Source of the DNA: a virus
Taxonomy: Duplodnaviria; Caudoviricetes
Strand: one strand, 5' to 3'
DNA length: 58,499 nt
IMG/VR virus record: IMGVR_UViG_3300046011_001509
Coordinates: 1 to 58,499 of that record
In this document: positions 47,189-55,213 of the stretch, in pieces
Layout: the number at the start of each line of letters is the position of its first letter
Numbering within the stretch: the stretch's first letter is position 1
Made by a program: the position numbers and the translations under genes
Notes under the pieces: model-generated
What the model was told of the DNA's origin: nothing
The model's database searches: none
Seen by the model: only the letters and a program-made list of their open reading frames with translations

Positions 47189-47704
47189 TCATGCCAGCTT
47201 CGCTTTCAGCTTACTCAGCGCATCATTCAGGCTGTCAAGCTGCTTCTGCTTCGATACGATGTCAGACTCAACCACAACCAGCACAGCCTTGGCTTCGCGC
47301 AGTTGATACTGGACACCAGTCACATCATCAGTGACCTTCTTCAGTTCGCTCTTGGCTGCGAGGATGATCTTGTCGGACTGCTCGTTCGCTGCCTTGACAG
47401 CGTCAACAACGATGTGGTCAGCTTCCGCCAATGCCGATTGAGTTGCAGCATCTGCCCTAGCCTTGGCGTCTGCGACATAGTTGTCAGCGTCGAGTCGCTT
47501 GCCTTCAGCTTGCAGGATCAAAGAGGCGAGTTCTGCTTGTACGGCATCGCGCTCCTTGACAGCTTTATCTAGTGCTGCGGCAGCTTCCTTGGCAGCGTTG
47601 TCAACAGAACCGATAGAGTCCAGTGCCTCTGCTGCAATCTTGAAGCCCTCCAGCAGCTTGGATGCGCGGCGAATGGCGTCTGCCGCCTCGTTAAAGTTGC
47701 TCAT
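47189..47704 (-). CDS. Coiled-coil protein
   Basis: Ala/Lys-rich heptads. Confidence 0.7.
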   Translation of the reverse strand: MSNFNEAADAIRRASKLLEGFKIAAEALDSIGSVDNAAKEAAAALDKAVKERDAVQAELASLILQAEGKRLDADNYVADAKARADAATQSALAEADHIVVDAVKAANEQSDKIILAAKSELKKVTDDVTGVQYQLREAKAVLVVVESDIVSKQKQLDSLNDALSKLKAKLA

Positions 47705-48075
47705 TGGTAAGCCTTTCGCATGCAAATAGTGACTGTCAGATTGGTTGTGCCGTCACCCGCAGTCACCTTGGGGCGAACGTAACGTGGAAGCTCCAGTAGC
47801 TGCTCACCGCCCAGCGCGGTCTTGGTCACAGCGTTCCCTTGTGGATCAGCGAGGGGGAACCAGTCCGCTGCTACGACTCCACCGATGTTGGAGCCTTCCA
47901 GAGTGACAGAGCCGCCAACGCCTAGAGTGCCTGTGAGTTGGAAGCAGCGGTCAGCGTACTCAACCCACTGCACTGGTGATCCATCGTCTAGGTTCAGCAA
48001 TCCCGTCCAAGTGACGAGAACCGCTGCGTTGCTGTCTGATACGGTTCGATCAAACGTTGCACTTCGTGTTGCCAT
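47701..48075 (-). CDS. Small beta-sandwich structural protein
   Basis: VTLEGSN...WFPL...PRYVRP. Confidence 0.7.
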   Translation of the reverse strand: MATRSATFDRTVSDSNAAVLVTWTGLLNLDDGSPVQWVEYADRCFQLTGTLGVGGSVTLEGSNIGGVVAADWFPLADPQGNAVTKTALGGEQLLELPRYVRPKVTAGDGTTNLTVTICMRKAYQ

Positions 48076-48083
48076 GCTGTCTC

Positions 48084-49358
48084 CTACGTCCCGAACTCGG
48101 GATCAAATGCCTCGAAAGGCGTGATGTGAATGTGCGGTCTTTCGTCGTCGTTCGTCATCATGTCTGCACATAGCGACAGATAACGCCAGTTGTCAGCACC
48201 ATGCGAGTATTCGTCGTGCAGTGGTGCGCCGGGTTCGTTTGTTGTGCTGTTGACTGATCGTCTGTAGCGCTTCAGGCACTCGACTAGCCTGTCGGTCTTG
48301 CCCTTGTTAAACACGGCTTGACCCAGAGCCATGCGACCCGACTTGATGCCGTTCTCAATCGACTCATTTGGCACAGGCTTCACTGTGCGACCAAACGCCT
48401 TCAGGATTTGCTCTGCGCTCTTGCCGCTCTTGAAGTCTTTGTGATACCCATCGTGGGGCAGGAAGTCGAAGCCCCAGTTGTACCTGCGCTCCTTGATCTC
48501 TGCGACATAGCTGTCAAGGGTGCGGTGGCTGTCTTCGATGTAGTCAATCACTCTAAGCTCTGAGCGCACACGCTGCACAAAGCTCACAGTCATTGAGTCG
48601 TTCCAGCCCAAATCCCAAACGGTGTGGACCTTCAGCTTGGGGTCGTAAGGGATGAAGCACACACGCTGCTCACGCTGCGCTGTGTCTATCTCCTTGGCAT
48701 AAATCGCACCCACCACGGCAGAGCGGCACTTGCCTTCCCAAATAGTGGGGTAGTCATCAGGGCTGGCAGCTAGGCAGTGCTGGCGCTCAAGCTCCAGAAC
48801 CTCACCAAACCACGGGTTGTCTTGCCAGTTGACTTCTACTGCCATGCAGTGGTCTGGCTTGTTGACGATGAAGCGCTTGTATGTCTCGTCGGTGTCCAAC
48901 TCTGGGTTCAAGCTCACCCAGATTTCTGAGCCGGGGCGGCGAATCGTGGGTGTCAGCACGTCCCATGACTTCTTGCTGACCGATTGACCTTCCTCTACCC
49001 AGCATATGTCCGCACCCTCAAAGGACTTGATTGAGTCCACGGTGTGCTGTGAGAGGCCAGAGAAGCTAAAGGTCGTGCCGTTCTTTCCTCTGATCTCCGT
49101 CTCCAAGACTTCGTAGAAGCTTGACAGGTTTAGGTCACGGATGCGGTCACTCAGGAGCCTATGGACAGACTCTTTGATGGACTTCTGCACCTCACGCGCA
49201 CAGATGATACGGGTCTGCTCCTGCGTACCCATGACCAGCAAAGCCGTGGCAAACGACCACGATTTTCCCGACCCCCGTCCTCCATAGGCCACCTTCAGTC
49301 TATGTGGCTCAAACAGGAAGCGCAGCTTCTTAGGAAGCTCTACCGCAGTTTCAGACAA
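48084..49358 (-). CDS. terL: Terminase large subunit (PBSX family)
   Basis: YGGRGSGKS Walker A, CWVEE Walker B, WDLGWND nuclease, HGAD. Confidence 0.96.
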   Translation of the reverse strand: MSETAVELPKKLRFLFEPHRLKVAYGGRGSGKSWSFATALLVMGTQEQTRIICAREVQKSIKESVHRLLSDRIRDLNLSSFYEVLETEIRGKNGTTFSFSGLSQHTVDSIKSFEGADICWVEEGQSVSKKSWDVLTPTIRRPGSEIWVSLNPELDTDETYKRFIVNKPDHCMAVEVNWQDNPWFGEVLELERQHCLAASPDDYPTIWEGKCRSAVVGAIYAKEIDTAQREQRVCFIPYDPKLKVHTVWDLGWNDSMTVSFVQRVRSELRVIDYIEDSHRTLDSYVAEIKERRYNWGFDFLPHDGYHKDFKSGKSAEQILKAFGRTVKPVPNESIENGIKSGRMALGQAVFNKGKTDRLVECLKRYRRSVNSTTNEPGAPLHDEYSHGADNWRYLSLCADMMTNDDERPHIHITPFEAFDPEFGT

Positions 49359-49824
49359 AGCTCACCTTCAGGCTGAAGTCGATTGGAGCGCCGTCCTTGC
49401 CGGTGATTTCCTGCTCGGTCTTATCGCGCCAGCGTCCACCTTGTCGATTGCGAAGCCAAAGGCTTGCTGCCGTTGTGTCTGGAGGGTAATGCTTAATCAG
49501 GTGCGTCTCAACGATCTGATTCTGAATAACCTTGATATCCACCTCTGGATGCGAGTAGCCTTTTGCTCGGTGATATAACGATTCCGCTATATCGGAGTCA
49601 GCAATTACCTTTCCAAGGCGTATGGACTCAAGAAATTCTGGGTGAGCAGTCTTCCAAGCGTTTAGTGTTTGCTCTGAAACTCCAAAGAAGTCAGCCATCT
49701 CGCCATCTGTGAACCCAAGCAAACAAAGCTTTCTGCCTTGCTCTGCATATTCTGGCTTGTAAGCGCTTGGCCTACCTACTGGCGCAGCCTTAACAGCAGG
49801 CTTCACAGCCTTCTTGGTAGCCAT
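49351..49824 (-). CDS. terS: Terminase small subunit
   Basis: GRPSAYKPEY...ADFFGVSEQTLNAWK...HYPPDTTAASLWLRNRQ. Confidence 0.9.
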   Translation of the reverse strand: MATKKAVKPAVKAAPVGRPSAYKPEYAEQGRKLCLLGFTDGEMADFFGVSEQTLNAWKTAHPEFLESIRLGKVIADSDIAESLYHRAKGYSHPEVDIKVIQNQIVETHLIKHYPPDTTAASLWLRNRQGGRWRDKTEQEITGKDGAPIDFSLKVSFV

Positions 49825-50330
49825 TAGACCAACTCTCCCTTGCGGGATGCCACTCGGCGTTGAGTTGCTACGGCAGCAGCTACCTCTGGGCTGTATGAAG
49901 CAAGTCCATAGGCGACTATCTGCTTCACTGCGTTTGAGCCAACCCCTAGCTTTCGTCTTACATCAACAATTGTTTTGAACTCATCCAACACAGCGGAGAC
50001 TTCAACCGCCCTGCTTCTCAAATAGGCTTCGTTCTTCTCTTTGTTTTGCTTGGCAAGCTTTGCTTTACCAGCATCTGACATTTCATGGGTTTTCCCGGCG
50101 TTGTTCTTGGAATTTTCAAGACACCGTAAAGTCGCTGCCGCTTTGTAGTCCGGGTCTTGCAGTGCCCGTCTCTGCGAATCAGCTATCCGGGTAGAGAGTT
50201 CGTCATCAACCAACGCTTTCGTCTTTAGCAATCCAAACTCATGCCTATACTCGGCTGGGGTAATCTTGTGCTTGTGCTTTACATGAACCCCAAGCGCAAC
50301 AAAATCCCTCTGGCAAATCAGGCAGCGCAT
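49824..50330 (-). CDS. MucR/Ros-family zinc-finger protein
   Basis: CLICQRDFVALGVHVKHKHKITPAEYRHEFGL...ALV. Confidence 0.75.
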   Translation of the reverse strand: MRCLICQRDFVALGVHVKHKHKITPAEYRHEFGLLKTKALVDDELSTRIADSQRRALQDPDYKAAATLRCLENSKNNAGKTHEMSDAGKAKLAKQNKEKNEAYLRSRAVEVSAVLDEFKTIVDVRRKLGVGSNAVKQIVAYGLASYSPEVAAAVATQRRVASRKGELV

Positions 50331-50331
50331 C

Positions 50332-50559
50332 TCAGTGATCCACCACAAGCATCTGCGACTCAAGGGATGGAAAGGTTCCGAGGTTCTTTTGCAGGCCAGT
50401 CAGACCAGCATCTTGGCGTTGCATCAACTCGTCCATGCGCTTCAACAGCAGATAACCGACTTGGTGCGCGTTGGAACGCTGGTCAAAGTCCGTATCCATT
50501 ACGACTTGGGACTCTACTGCGCCATCCACATCGTCCAGAGTGATTGTGATCTTTGGCAT
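50332..50559 (-). CDS. Hypothetical protein
   Basis: 75-aa ORF. Confidence 0.6.
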   Translation of the reverse strand: MPKITITLDDVDGAVESQVVMDTDFDQRSNAHQVGYLLLKRMDELMQRQDAGLTGLQKNLGTFPSLESQMLVVDH

Positions 50560-50868
50560 TTACGCTCTCCGACCTTGTGACATTTGTTCGGCTGGTGAGC
50601 CTCTTACGCTCTGGAATCCATTGGAAAAGGAGTCAACAGCTTCTTGCTCACCATCCATCATTGGAGCCTGCTCTTCTGCGGGTCCACCAGAAAGCATCTG
50701 CTTGGCAGCGTTCAGCGCTTCATCAATGCTGGCAAAGATTGAGCCTTCAGCTTTGTCTTCAGCCATGTCAGCTTGACCCATCTCGCCACCCATAGGCTCG
50801 GCTTCACCTTCAGGGGCCACCTCAAAGGTGCCGTCTTCTAGCGCGGTGATGCAGATGGTTTGAGACAT
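50560..50868 (-). CDS. Acidic hypothetical protein (first late gene)
   Basis: 102-aa ORF. Confidence 0.65.
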   Translation of the reverse strand: MSQTICITALEDGTFEVAPEGEAEPMGGEMGQADMAEDKAEGSIFASIDEALNAAKQMLSGGPAEEQAPMMDGEQEAVDSFSNGFQSVRGSPAEQMSQGRRA

Positions 50869-50884
50869 GGTGGCTTTCAAGAAT

Positions 50885-50907
50885 AAAAAAGCCAGAGCTA
50901 GTCTGGC
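50885..50907 (-). terminator. Terminator ahead of the late operon (tR'-like)
   Basis: GCCAGA-loop-TCTGGC followed by T6 on the minus strand. Confidence 0.65.
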
Positions 50908-51215
50908 AAGGGTCAGACAGGGGGACTGACCACGGGGAGGTAATGGGTGCGGGGTGCGGGTCTTTGTGTACAGGTACGGATAAAGGATGATTCCCGACCC
51001 CTACATAGGTTGGAACAGAAGGCTTGCATAAAGCAGCATTCAGTTAAACCGTATCAACAACAAGAGATATCAAGTTACACGGCGCTAACCCGTGTCACCT
51101 TCAGTTCCAAAAAAGCCGACTGAGCCAGATGGCTTGTTTGGAGACACCTATCCAAAAACACGGTTGGGCATCTGTTGCTGTTACTGGAACACCCAGTATT
51201 TCTTGCCTTGCACAC

Positions 51216-51243
51216 ATTTTACCTATTTATTGCACATTTGCAA
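51216..51243 (-). promoter_or_regulatory. Putative late promoter (PR'-like)
   Basis: Minus strand TTGCAA-16 nt-TAAAAT, followed by terminator hairpins. Confidence 0.5.
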
Positions 51244-51251
51244 CATCCCTC

Positions 51252-51280
51252 TTGACATATTGTTGAGTCTTTGGTAAATT
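51252..51280 (+). promoter_or_regulatory. Sigma70 promoter for the replication leader
   Basis: TTGACA-17 nt-TAAATT with extended TG. Confidence 0.8.
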
Positions 51281-51289
51281 CTCTTCATC

Positions 51290-51396
51290 GACCTTGGCAG
51301 GAAGATGAATCCAGACCCCTTTGGTCTTAGCTTCCTAGCCCCTCACCGGGCGTCACCACCTGCCAAGTGGGGAGCTAAGAACCAAAGGGGTTTTTT
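51290..51396 (+). ncRNA. Structured leader RNA / attenuator
   Basis: Long stem 51315-51335 pairing with 51369-51391 plus U-tract; loop CCTGCCAAG complementary to upstream CTTGGCAGG. Confidence 0.6.
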
Positions 51397-51725
51397 GCTT
51401 TCTGGAGCCAGAACCGAAGTTCGTCTGGCACGAAGTGGGACTCAGAACCCAGCCAGAACCCAGTTGATTGACTTGAATGTGGGCGGGCTTAACAGCGTCA
51501 ACAGCGCATCAAGTGAGTAGCGGTACTGGTGGGAAAAGGTCTGCAACACCGCGCAGATGGGTGGCGAAGCTAGTGCCCATGACCTGAACGACTGGCGGGT
51601 GTCGAGTGTCCGTACTGGATTTTGACTGAAGGCTTTTCTCTTTATTGAGGAAAGGCTAGGTGCGCTCGGAACCGTTTGGATTAGAGGTTTCTTAGGTAAG
51701 TAGTTACTAACAAGGAGTAAGTTGA

Positions 51726-52121
51726 ATGAACGATCTTCCAAGCTATATCGACCCCGAACTGTGGGCTGGGTTCCTTGAATCACGCAAGGCAATGAAAGTC
51801 CCGTTTACAGACTTTGCCAAAAAACTGACCCTGAAGAAGCTGATGGGCATGTATGAAAACGGCTGGTGCCCGAACTCTGCGCTGGAGAAAAGCATTACCC
51901 ACGGTTATAGGGGCGTTTTTGAGACTGACCGCCGTGATGCTGGGCAAAAGATGATTGGTCAAAGTCAGCGCACCTACCTTGAGAGCTTCAAGGAGCGCGA
52001 CACCCGGATAGCCCAGCAGCGCTGGGAAGAGATGACTGGCCTAAAGCACCCGGGCAACAGCCATCCTGACTTTATTGACGTAATCGGTTCCAACCAACTG
52101 TTTCTGGAGGTGCAGCAATGA
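51726..52121 (+). CDS. Replication initiator C-terminal-type domain (no N-terminal HTH)
   Basis: LPSYIDPELWAGFLESRKAMK...SITHGYRGVF resembles the C-domain of phage replisome organisers; SD AAGGAG. Confidence 0.65.
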   Translation: MNDLPSYIDPELWAGFLESRKAMKVPFTDFAKKLTLKKLMGMYENGWCPNSALEKSITHGYRGVFETDRRDAGQKMIGQSQRTYLESFKERDTRIAQQRWEEMTGLKHPGNSHPDFIDVIGSNQLFLEVQQ

Positions 52122-52534
52122 TCCGCGCTATTGACCGCTTGTTCCACCGATTGGGGGCTACCTACGGAGCAGAATGGGACCGTTCACTGGGCGCAACTCC
52201 AATTGGAGACGCCAAGACTGTATGGGCGCATGAACTGTCTTGCTATACAAGCAACCTGCAATCCATCGCATGGGCACTGGAGAACCTGCCAGAGCGCTGC
52301 CCGAACGTCATCCAGTTCAAGAACCTCTGCCGCCAAGCCCCTGCGGCAGCTACCGAGATGCTGCCAAGCCCGAAGGCTGACCCAGCCATTGTCAAGATGA
52401 TTACCGAGAAGCTGGCGTCTGCACCAGTGCATCAGATTGGTAGACACGACTGGGCTAAGTACATCCTGCAAAACCCAAAGGGACGCACACCAACTGTGAT
52501 CCATATGGCTAAGAACGCACTGGAGTATGCATGA
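52118..52534 (+). CDS. Lambda P-like helicase loader
   Basis: IDRLFHRLGATYG...WAHEL...PNVIQFKNLCR. Confidence 0.7.
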   Translation: MIRAIDRLFHRLGATYGAEWDRSLGATPIGDAKTVWAHELSCYTSNLQSIAWALENLPERCPNVIQFKNLCRQAPAAATEMLPSPKADPAIVKMITEKLASAPVHQIGRHDWAKYILQNPKGRTPTVIHMAKNALEYA

Positions 52535-52665
52535 CCTACTCAGAAGCAGTTGTAATCCTCTCCCGGGTCCGCGCCGGGGACAAGTCACCCACATCATTGC
52601 AGATTAACCAAGCGCTCGTGCTGACGGGCGACTTGGAAGGCGTGAACCTGCAACTCGCAGACTAA
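52531..52665 (+). CDS. 44-aa hypothetical protein (MTYSEAVVILSRVRAG...ALVLTGDL)
   Basis: Manual read; ATGA-coupled, SD GGAG. Confidence 0.6.
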   Translation: MTYSEAVVILSRVRAGDKSPTSLQINQALVLTGDLEGVNLQLAD

Positions 52666-52851
52666 CCCACAGGCTCACCCGTTGAGCCTACGCATCGTTC
52701 ACACGCAGGACATGCGCGATCCCGCATCGCATAAATCCAAATCAGTTGCACACGTAATGCGCGGGACTTGAAACCCATGTTGTTGCGTTTTTGCAACATG
52801 ATCGTTTCATTGGGGAATTCACATTATTTTGAACTTTTGTTGAAATATCGC

Positions 52852-52880
52852 TTGACTGCTTGTTTTCCTTTTGGTAAAGT
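52852..52880 (+). promoter_or_regulatory. Sigma70 promoter for the early small-gene block
   Basis: TTGACT-17 nt-TAAAGT with extended TG and AT-rich upstream element. Confidence 0.8.
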
Positions 52881-53152
52881 TCAACCCATCGAATCGCATC
52901 GTCGGTATCGAAAGCCAGCAAAAACGGCGACCCGCTCTCAACGGCGGCATAGAAAAGAGTTGACGCCCTTGCATCCCCATAACAACGGGAAGCGGCCTAC
53001 AGCAGCAATGCTGGCCTCAAAGCGACGGTGTGAAGAGTGGCCCGGTAACGGCTACAGATGGAACCCAACGGGATATGCCATTGACCTACCTCTCACAAGA
53101 GGACAGGAGCATGGGTACTCGTTGTGAGTGTCCATACCACTGGAGATGAACC

Positions 53153-53314
53153 ATGAGCAGAAAGCACTTTGTAGCCCTAGCGTCAGAAATCCACAAAATC
53201 CAAGACGATGCCTCTCGCCGCGCCGCAGCAATTGCAGTTGTCGCTGCATGCCGCCAATTCAACGGCGCGTTTGATGCAGGCCGTTTCTATACAGCTTGCG
53301 GGGTGGAGATATGA
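53153..53314 (+). CDS. 53-aa phage early protein (MSRKHFVALA...FNGAFDAGRFYTACG)
   Basis: Manual read; SD GGAG; N-x2-F-D-x2-R-F-x2-A-C motif typical of phage early proteins. Confidence 0.7.
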   Translation: MSRKHFVALASEIHKIQDDASRRAAAIAVVAACRQFNGAFDAGRFYTACGVEI

Positions 53315-53505
53315 GCCTCCGTCTTATCCGCACAGAGAAGTCAAACGGCGACACACACATCGCCAAGATTTATCGCAATGCTGAGTACGACGAATACGTT
53401 GTCAAGTTCTACCGCGATGGCGTCTACCAAGTCGATGCCGACTACTTCACTGACGACATCGGCGATGCGATCTCCACGTCGACCCACTTCACATCAAACA
53501 AGTAA
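53311..53505 (+). CDS. Hypothetical early protein
   Basis: AKIYRNAEYDEYVVKF...ADYFTDD..DA. Confidence 0.7.
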   Translation: MSLRLIRTEKSNGDTHIAKIYRNAEYDEYVVKFYRDGVYQVDADYFTDDIGDAISTSTHFTSNK

Positions 53506-53514
53506 GGAGCAGAT

Positions 53515-53721
53515 ATGTACCAAGGACATTGTGCAGACGGCAGCAGCATCCAGAAACATAGCTGCGGTGCTTTGTACCCACTTGTGCTTGTGTACACAGA
53601 GGGTGCAGGGTATTACTTCCTTTGCCCAGATGGGTTGGAACTCAAAACCATCAGCGGCGATTTTGAAACTGCGCACAAGGTAGCAGATGCTTACAACGGG
53701 TTGAAAAGCGTACTGCACTAA
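53515..53721 (+). CDS. Hypothetical protein
   Basis: SD AAGGAG. Confidence 0.65.
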   Translation: MYQGHCADGSSIQKHSCGALYPLVLVYTEGAGYYFLCPDGLELKTISGDFETAHKVADAYNGLKSVLH

Positions 53722-53777
53722 AGCTCAGCCTATTGCCAGCGATGGCAATGGAGTGTGTTTTACCCAAGGAGAACAGC

Positions 53778-53969
53778 ATGATTGATATGGGACAAGCTGA
53801 TAGCTCATTACGCCGCAGACAACTCAGCGAACAAAGCCTTGTTTGCTGGACTGTAGCGCTCAAAAGAGCCGCAGAGCAGATGGGGTTCAAGCATTACATG
53901 GACGTTCCAATGGAGCGCGATGAAGAGTTGCGTTCTCTGGCACACGAAATACGGGGGACAGTCGTATGA
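53778..53969 (+). CDS. Hypothetical protein
   Basis: SD AAGGAG. Confidence 0.6.
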   Translation: MIDMGQADSSLRRRQLSEQSLVCWTVALKRAAEQMGFKHYMDVPMERDEELRSLAHEIRGTVV

Positions 53970-54127
53970 AGTACATCCAGCGAAACGGACAAGGCTACCT
54001 TGAAACCGTTGATGAGTTCACGACTTACCGCGAGGCCCGGGACATGCTCAAGGAATACCGCATGTCTGACCCAAGCGCTCACTACTACATCAGCCAGCGT
54101 TGCTGTGCGAATTGGAGGCAATCATGA
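53966..54127 (+). CDS. 53-aa hypothetical protein (MKYIQRNGQGYLETVDEF...SQRCCANW)
   Basis: Manual read; ATGA-coupled at both ends. Confidence 0.65.
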   Translation: MKYIQRNGQGYLETVDEFTTYREARDMLKEYRMSDPSAHYYISQRCCANWRQS

Positions 54128-54333
54128 AACAACCACGCTACTACGCCCTACGTTGCTATGCCAGCACGGGGTTCCCAAAGTTCTATGACTCATTCAAGAC
54201 GCTCACTCTGGCACGACAGTGGGCGAAGCAAGCACTCAAGGATGGGTATCACACAGTCGAGATTCTGCGGGATCAACCCCGGAAGGTCGGCTACTTCGGA
54301 ATTGAACGTGAACTACTGGAGACACTGCAATGA
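54124..54333 (+). CDS. Hypothetical protein
   Basis: SD GGAGG; coupled. Confidence 0.6.
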   Translation: MKQPRYYALRCYASTGFPKFYDSFKTLTLARQWAKQALKDGYHTVEILRDQPRKVGYFGIERELLETLQ

Positions 54334-54563
54334 AGATCATTGGCTACACCTATGAGGCAGACGTTCACTGCCCTGCTTGCACACTGAAGGCCACCGAGCA
54401 TCCGTATGCATGGATTTCAAACCCGGTCCCGCTGCGAGATGAGCATGGCATCTTGCAAGATGCAGTTGACCGCGAAGGCAACACTGTGCGTCCAGTCTTT
54501 GACATTGACGAAGACCCGGATGGTTCTGTTACCCACTGTGGCGATTGCCACGAATCACTCTGA
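54330..54563 (+). CDS. Zinc-binding hypothetical protein
   Basis: HCPAC...HCGDC. Confidence 0.65.
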   Translation: MKIIGYTYEADVHCPACTLKATEHPYAWISNPVPLRDEHGILQDAVDREGNTVRPVFDIDEDPDGSVTHCGDCHESL

Positions 54564-54611
54564 CCCTACCGCATTGCATCCTATGGGTGCAATCCAGTGG
54601 AGTTACTAACC

Positions 54612-54632
54612 AACCGCTTCGGCGGTTTTTTT
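54612..54632 (+). terminator. Terminator-like hairpin
   Basis: AACCGC-TTCG-GCGG followed by T7. Confidence 0.7.
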
Positions 54633-54649
54633 ACGACTGGAGGTCAATC

Positions 54650-55156
54650 ATGGGATGGTCATTTGAAATTCGTGAACGTAGCCGCAAAGACTTTATCGAG
54701 AGCCTGACCGGAGATAGACACTTCAGCGAAGACTACAAGGCGCTGGAGTACCGAGTCGTCGGCAACCATGTGTGGCAGCTTGTCCGTCAGGTGTCTGCGA
54801 ACCGTGTGTTCATCTGCTTGGACCTGATCGCCAAAGAGCGTGGCGGCGGCTGGGGCTACAAGGGCTTGAGCGAAGACATGGGACCGTACACCTATGACTG
54901 CCCATTGGCGCTGCTGAATAAGGCATCTGAGCCTATCAACGAGAACGCAAAGGAATGGCGTATCAAAGTGCGTGAGTTCCACGCCAAGAAAACAGCCAAG
55001 CGCAAACCAGCGGCTGGGATTGTCGTCAAGTCTGGCTCTCACCAGTACGAACTGCTTGAGCCATGTGCGCCCCGTAAAGGCTGGCGCGTCAAGGACATTG
55101 AGACTGGCGCTACCTACCGTATGCCAGCAGCACAACTATCGAGGGCGTTGGCATAG
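54650..55156 (+). CDS. DUF6927-like protein
   Basis: MGW...WGYKGLSEDMGPYTYDCPLALL...AKEWR. Confidence 0.7.
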   Translation: MGWSFEIRERSRKDFIESLTGDRHFSEDYKALEYRVVGNHVWQLVRQVSANRVFICLDLIAKERGGGWGYKGLSEDMGPYTYDCPLALLNKASEPINENAKEWRIKVREFHAKKTAKRKPAAGIVVKSGSHQYELLEPCAPRKGWRVKDIETGATYRMPAAQLSRALA

Positions 55157-55175
55157 CGCCATTCACAACAGCATC

Positions 55176-55202
55176 AGCCACCTACGGGTGGTTTTCTTTT
55201 TT
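55176..55202 (+). terminator. Terminator-like hairpin
   Basis: GCCACC-TACG-GGTGG followed by a T-rich tract. Confidence 0.65.
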
Positions 55203-55213
55203 AAGGAGTAATC

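Noticed and set aside
51305-51520. 71-aa ORF across the structured leader
   Set aside because: Runs through a terminator hairpin with a poorly spaced SD and no recognisable motif; at most a leader peptide
52768-53127. 119-aa ORF
   Set aside because: Spans the promoter and hairpin leader; TTG start without SD
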